Assembly: GCF_009914755.1 (NCBI RefSeq)
Contig: NC_060935.1
Length of the DNA stretch: 64,000 nucleotides
Direction: 5' to 3' (one strand)
Source: the human T2T-CHM13v2.0 reference genome, Homo sapiens
In this document: piece by piece, positions 55,929-64,000 of the stretch
Position numbering within the stretch: position 1 is the first letter of the stretch
Layout of the letters: each line of letters begins with the position of its first letter
Translations under genes and position numbers: made by a program
The notes under the pieces: generated by a model
The model's input: the letters and a program-made list of their open reading frames with translations, nothing else
What the model was told of the DNA's origin: nothing
Database searches by the model: none

Positions 55929-58913
55929 ACCGATTATGACCTCACTTTCACTGCTCAATACATCAAATTTGATCTGAGGTAAAAGTTGACACAGTTGCTC
56001 TTGACTGAATTGCCTTCTCTGTTCTTGGCAGCATTTATATATTCACGACTGACTGCCAGTAATATGCAGCTTAAATCAATAATAACTTGTGCCTTACTGT
56101 ATGAAAAGTGCAAAGATGACTACATTTTATTTTTTGCCTTTTATAGTAAAATTTTAAAAGATGAAAGGCCAGAGGGTTAGTATGTATATCTTCATGGCTA
56201 CTATTGTTCATAAATATACTTCTGTTAAACTCAAGATTTTTCAGTCCATTGTTGGTCTAGAAACAAAAAAGACTTATGAGATTGTAAACATGTTGATGTT
56301 GTTAAATCTAAATACAAATTTAAACAATAATGGATTCACTACAACCCAGGTAATTAGGATTACAGTGAATATTTCCCATGGGAAAAAATGAGGCTTTCAA
56401 ATTGAGTATAAATAGTCTGGAGGTTACAATATTAAGTCTGATTTTACACGTGTGTACACTCATGTGTTCATGTATGTGTTTGTAGAGAACTATTTCTCAT
56501 TTTGGCATTTTGGAGTTCAGAAAAAATGGTGGCGAAAATGGATGAATTAGTCAATACATTCTTTGAATTAATGAAACTGTGCATAGGGAGATGTTGAAAC
56601 AGAATTACTTTTAAAAAATTGACAAACTTGATCCCATCCAAAGCCATGCCACAGGAAGCTCTCTGTAATTTTTTTCTAGCAGCTTTAATCTTATCTCCTC
56701 ATTTTCATAGCAATATTTTTTACTATTCTTGGTTGATAGTTAATTTGGAGATTTTACAGCTGTGTAAACAAATTTGAACGAGTAAGTTATGCCTGGTATG
56801 TGTGAAGTATGTCTGTATTAAGGATGATTTAAATGCTCTTAAATCTTTAATAAATGTTAGTTCGCATATTTAATATTTTAGATATTTAGATATTTCTAAA
56901 TTTAATATTTAGATATAAATCCATGACTCTTTTATATCCAGCTTTGGTTTGATAAAATACTCTGAATGGAAATAATTCTGTCCTATGATTCTTTCTTCCC
57001 AGACATCAATAGGTCAATTTAAAAATAGCTTCTTTACGTGTGTGAGCTCTAAGTAGTTAACCTTAGCCTTTGTGTAGTGGGCCATTTTCTAACTCTGCAT
57101 GGGAGCAATGCAGAGACTTCACAGACTAGGGCAGTAGATGGGTGGAAGCATTTGAGACCAGTGTGCAGCCATTTAATGTGTAATTTTATTTAATTCATTT
57201 ATACATACTATAATATTATGAATTCACTGTAATTACAAATCTTAATATTTCTGGAGTTGAGGATGTTTAAAGGCAAAAATATAAATGAAATGAATCTTTC
57301 AATATTGTTTTAGGATGAGAAAACCAAACCAAATGACAGGTTTAAGGTTAGGTTTTATGTCTTTTGACTCTCAGCTACCCGATCGGAATTGGCATCTCTA
57401 ATCAAGACAGGGGAATTGTTACATTTATGCGTGAACTTTCTTTTCCCGGTCCAAATAGTGTTCCACAGTACAAACCCCTTCCTATTGTATATTTGCTCTC
57501 TTTCCCCCACCCCCACCAATCACAAGTTTGCTGATTTGTGCAAAAGACTCTCTCAACCACGGGGCATCAGCGTGGGGCAAGACATTCAAAAGGTTTAACC
57601 TCTCTTTTTCTACTAACTTTCCTTTGCATTTGTCTCATTTATTTTGAGTCTCTTCTTCAGACATCAGAGTTTCTCTGGGTTTAGAGCTTCCTCTGACTTC
57701 AAAGAGCCCTGGGTGGTTAGATCAAGTTTGAAGCAGATGAAGGAGGGGGCGGGGGGAAAAGAAGTTCTGTTACCTAGTAGAATGCTGCATTATGCTCCAA
57801 GGAAGGAACTGAATATTAACCGTCTAAATGTAGAATCCAGTCCTTGTTCAGGAGAAAGAACATCCTGCAGATAGAATGCCTACAATACATTTGCCCATCA
57901 GGAGTACTTGGTTCCTTGAGCTGCAAGATAACAATACCTCAGGATGTTGTTTTGTGCCATCTGGGAATTAAATAAGACATAAAGATTAGAAATTTTCTTC
58001 TCAGAAAAATCAATAGCACTTTTTGTTTAGAGAACATCTCATCAAGATTTAATTCTGAGAAATCCAGATATTTGTGTTTATTGCTGATCTCTCTGCCAGA
58101 ACAAGAAAGTATGGTAGATGCAATAAAAGGTTTTGTATGAAAAAGAAAATAAAATCTCAGCTGTGATTAATCTGGAGTCATTCATTGCTGGCTATACAGC
58201 TAAATGATTTTATATCCCTTAAAATTTATTGTTCTAAATTGCAAACATAATGCTAGAATTAAACAGAGAATATATTATGATGAGATGGGAAGAATATAAG
58301 TGGCATGATGTAGAAAGAAATAATTTTTTTATAGGTATGTTGCTGCCTGAGACTAAAGGAAAAAGAAAAGTTAGTGGTAAAGTCCACTTCCTCAGGATTT
58401 GTAAAATATAGGTAAAATATATTTAAGCTTTAAATACACTAATTTTTTTATTTACTTTGTAATTGCTTCCTGAGGTTGAATTATTTCTCAGTATAAAATT
58501 AAATCCCCCTGTCACTATTTTTTAAGTCTCTGACCAAATAGCCAAATTATTCACCTCCAAATCAGAGACAATGAAATGTCTTGCTTAATGTTTTTTGTTT
58601 TTTTTTCCACTGAGAGTTTCTGTTCTATACTATCTTCCAGAGATATGCCTAAATCGGGCTTCAATGCCATAGCAATACATGTTGGTAAATCATATAGAAT
58701 AAAAAGAATGGTATGTAAAGGAGCTTGACTTTTATTTTTCAAATAAAACTCATCACAGGAGACTTGATATGGGCTACATTTGCAGATGGGGGTGGGGGAG
58801 CGGAAAGCAGCAATGTGAAAAATTGGGCAAGATAGGGAGTGAGTGATGTGCCTATGGAACTTATCTAGATCTTCATGTCTAATTGAGCCCATCCCATACA
58901 TGGCACTTGTACT

Positions 58914-59384
58914 TGTAAACCCAGAAAATCGGAGACAAGTCTCAGTTAATTTAGAAAGTTTATTTTGCCAAGACTGAGGACGTGCGCCCATGATACAGCC
59001 TCAGGCAGTCCTGATGACATGTGCCCAAGGTGGTAGGGGCACAGCTTAGTTTTATACATTTTATGGAGACATGAGACATCCATCAATATATGTAAGAAGT
59101 ACATTGGTTTGGTCTGGAAAGGCAGGACAACTTGAGGCAAAGGCAGGAAGACACGAAGTAGGGAGGATGCTTCCAGGTCACTGACAGATGAGAGAGAAAT
59201 AGTCGCATTCTTTTGAGTTTCTGATTAGCCTTTCCAAAGGAAGCAGTCAGAAATGCATTTATCTCAGCCATCAGAGGTATAACTTTGAATAGAATGGGAG
59301 GCACATTTGTCCTCAGCACTTTCCAGCTTGAGTTTTCCTTTTAGCCTAGTGATTTTTGGGGACCCAAGATATTTTCCTTTCACA
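58914..59384 (-). mobile_element. MER4A-type ERV1 solo LTR
   Basis: The minus strand starts TGTGAAAGGAAAATATCTTGGG, 471 bp. Perfect 4-bp TSD TACT at 58910-58913 and 59385-59388. Confidence 0.85.
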
Positions 59385-60544
59385 TACTCAATGGTAAAGT
59401 AGTGCTGGGCACAATAAAAAATATGGCCCAGTGGATCATATGGCACTAAGTTCATGATAAACATTTAATGTTTCATGATTACTGGTTCCCATGGTAGAAA
59501 TTCAGTCTCCATCAGACAACAAGAACAAGCGAGGAACATTTGTGTCGTGTCCTTTCCTAAAAGGGCAATGTTCCTACCTGACCCCTACTACTAGATGCTG
59601 AAACTTTGTTTAGTTGGCAGAACCCCTTTCTGCATTTTCATGAGATTTATTCTCTACCCTCCAGAATGTGTGTATTTTATGAAACCGTCTGGTTTCCCTA
59701 CTATTCCTGCTTTGCAGTATCAAATCTCCAATATCAAATATTGTAAAATAGAAGAGGAGCTTGATGACCTGTGATGTTGAAATATCCATGGTCCCTGTAG
59801 GTTATGTCACAGGGCTGGAGATGGTGTATAGGATAGTAAGAATTCTGTTGTTACTGTCAAACATATGCAAACTGATTCTGGAATTTTCTACTTATAAGAA
59901 TAAAGAAAATTCCATTCTCCAAACCAAGAGATGAATGTTAAGTACCAGGATATTGAGTGATAACACTTCATTGAAAAGACCACATCTGTAACATCGATTC
60001 TGATTAAATATGTTACTTCATTGTAATCTTCCCACTGTTTCCAAGTCATGTCAATCTTTTTTTACTGATTTTCATTGAGATGTGGTAGAAGTCACTTTTA
60101 TTTTTTGCAATGTTCAGGTCATTAATAACAGCATGAATCTCTGACTTTTTAAATAGGTGTGCTTTTTTTATTTGGTACTTTTACCACAAAAGAACTTATT
60201 CCATGTGTCAAGGATAAAAATTATGACATTTTTTGAGAATATCCATGCAAATTGCACATTCAGGTAAAACTATAAAAATAACATCTAATGTTTGCAAAAG
60301 TGTACTAGTTATAGTGTAAAGTAGGTTTAGGTAAAAAATCTAACTGTCACCTGATTCCTCACAAAGCATTTCCCTTTTCTGAATGCATAGTAAACAGATC
60401 AGGTCCCTTTGGAGATTGGAAGGAAGCTTTATATAAAGACTTGAGATCATTACTGCCTTCATTCAGTGAGCTCTGGGTCTATAATTTGGCTCTAGTCTGG
60501 GAATTGGGCAATCAGAAAATTTGTTGCTCTTTTTGTTATACAAA

Positions 60545-60810
60545 GAAACCCAAATACTGCATGTTCTCACTTATAAGTGGTATCTAAATGATGAGAACCC
60601 ATGGACACATACAGGGGAACAACACACACTGGTGTCTTTCAGAGGGTAGCGGGAAGGAGGAGGGAGAGGATCAGGAAAAATAACTAATGGGTACTAGGCT
60701 TAATACCTGGGTGATTAAATAATCTGCACAACAAACCCTCTGACACAAGTTTACCTATATAACAAACCTGCACTTGTACCCCTGAACTTAAAATAAAAGT
60801 TAAAAAAATA
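60545..60810 (+). mobile_element. L1PA11-13-like 3' end
   Basis: GTTCTCACTTATAAGTGG...CTTAAAATAAAAGTT-poly(A). Confidence 0.85.
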
Positions 60811-61667
60811 AGAATTTAGGGAATTGACTTTCAATTTACTTCCCAAGGCCCCATGATTAATAAACCATAATCAGATTTCCTGTGCTTTAGGTCATTCTAG
60901 GAGATCTGATTGGCCTCTCCAGATTGTATTCTGTCCCCCATATCCACTTTGCCTCTGGAAATTAAGTGCCAACGTGTGTTCCTGCCACCCGGAGAATTTC
61001 CATTCACACTAAAATGAGGAAGCTCATTTCAATAACAGCTCCTGAGACTTTCTGAAGAATAATGTCACCTTAAAAATTTTTGGAGCTTTCTTCATCAACT
61101 TATTCTTCACCCTTTAGTGAAAAATAGAGCCACTTGGGTCCCACTGAGTGACATAGTGAAAAGTATGCTTATGTGAGGAATTAATTACAGGTCGAATAGA
61201 ATGTGGAATTTTTTCTTGAAGTTCTAATTCCTTTATCTATATCATACCAAGTGATTCCTGGCTTTTTGTGCCATTTAGTGTGAGCTATTGTTGAATATAT
61301 CTTTGTGTTAACAAATCTAGCAAACTTTAATAGGGTCATTTTATGCTAGCCCATTGAATTTGGGACATCTTATTAGTCCAGTACAAGTAAATTAATTTTG
61401 CTGAATCTAAAATTACATCCTGCTCTCCTCAGACTAATACCCTCAAAATCTATTGCAAAGACAGCAACAAACAAACAAACAAAAAACTTCTGCCATAATA
61501 TATTTAGTGGCACTCAACATTTTAAATGTATATTGAGGCTTTGTAACTAGTTAGCCAGGAATTCCTGAGCCTTACTATGGGATGTATCTAAATTCATCCT
61601 CAGCCAGGCTGCAGTATTTTGACGCCTGGTAGAGGTTGTCAGCAATGGCTTAAAAAAGTGTGGGTTC

Positions 61668-61993
<326 letters not shown>

Positions 61994-62564
61994 TTAAGGA
62001 CAGAGCCATTGTTTCAGAACTGTCCAAATTAATTGATATACTTTTCTTAACCTGGTCCAGGAGCATACCGGGTGTAGAGGAATCCACCATGTACCCTCCC
62101 TGTTTCCTGGGAGGGTATGCTTGCTATTTTCTTACCCAACCTGCTCATTCTTTTCATGTCTCTGCCTCTCTTCCCAAGATAAGAATGTTAATCCCTTCTC
62201 ATCTGAGACCAGGATCTGGCAAGGGGACAGGATTTTAGCAAAGGACAGGAGCCAATAGCAAATGCAAGTCATATTATTCTGTAAATTCCATATATCACAG
62301 CTATTCAGTGGAAAATTCTTCCATATTCAACAGCTCACAAATGAAAGAAAGTTGGTAGATTTCTCTAAATTTGACAACAGAATATTTGTCAAACAAATTT
62401 GAAATAAAGAAAAAATTTCAAAATTTGTAATATTCACCAATAATGAGCTGTGAGGTTGAAAGTGATTTTCCTGAATTATTAGAAATTGTGTCCTGATTAA
62501 TCATGCTAAAAGAAAGATTCCAATACGTTTCTATTCTTCCTATGCAAATATTTCTAAAACGTTG

Positions 62565-64000
<1,436 letters not shown>

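Overview
Human (hominid) genomic DNA covering the 5' part of GAS2 (growth arrest-specific 2) on the + strand. It contains a CpG-island promoter with non-coding first-exon candidates (about 33.3-35.0 kb) and the first two coding exons (41520-41664 and 52312-52433, residues 1-89, start of the calponin-homology domain). The rest is intergenic or intronic and rich in repeats: a full-length but dead L1PA2/PA3-type LINE-1 (about 13580-19610, - strand), other L1 fragments, about 15 Alus, solo LTRs (THE1/MST, MLT1, MER4A), DNA-transposon remnants (MER5A, Ricksha), a tailless 5S rRNA retropseudogene and an AT-rich palindromic minisatellite. Nearly all ORF-track entries are chance ORFs or repeat-derived. 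The three best leads concern how GAS2 transcripts begin. (1) A 47-codon uORF in the CpG-island exon has a strong codon-position signature and is too short for the ORF track. (2) A TATA box with HNF1/FOXA/HNF4-type motifs sits directly in front of the first coding exon and would bypass that uORF. (3) The upstream L1 keeps an open ORF0 and splice donors pointing at GAS2, and donor SD1 is phase-compatible with an in-frame ORF0-GAS2 fusion. All three are sequence-based hypotheses. Repeat subfamily names come from recalled consensus sequences and need RepeatMasker confirmation.
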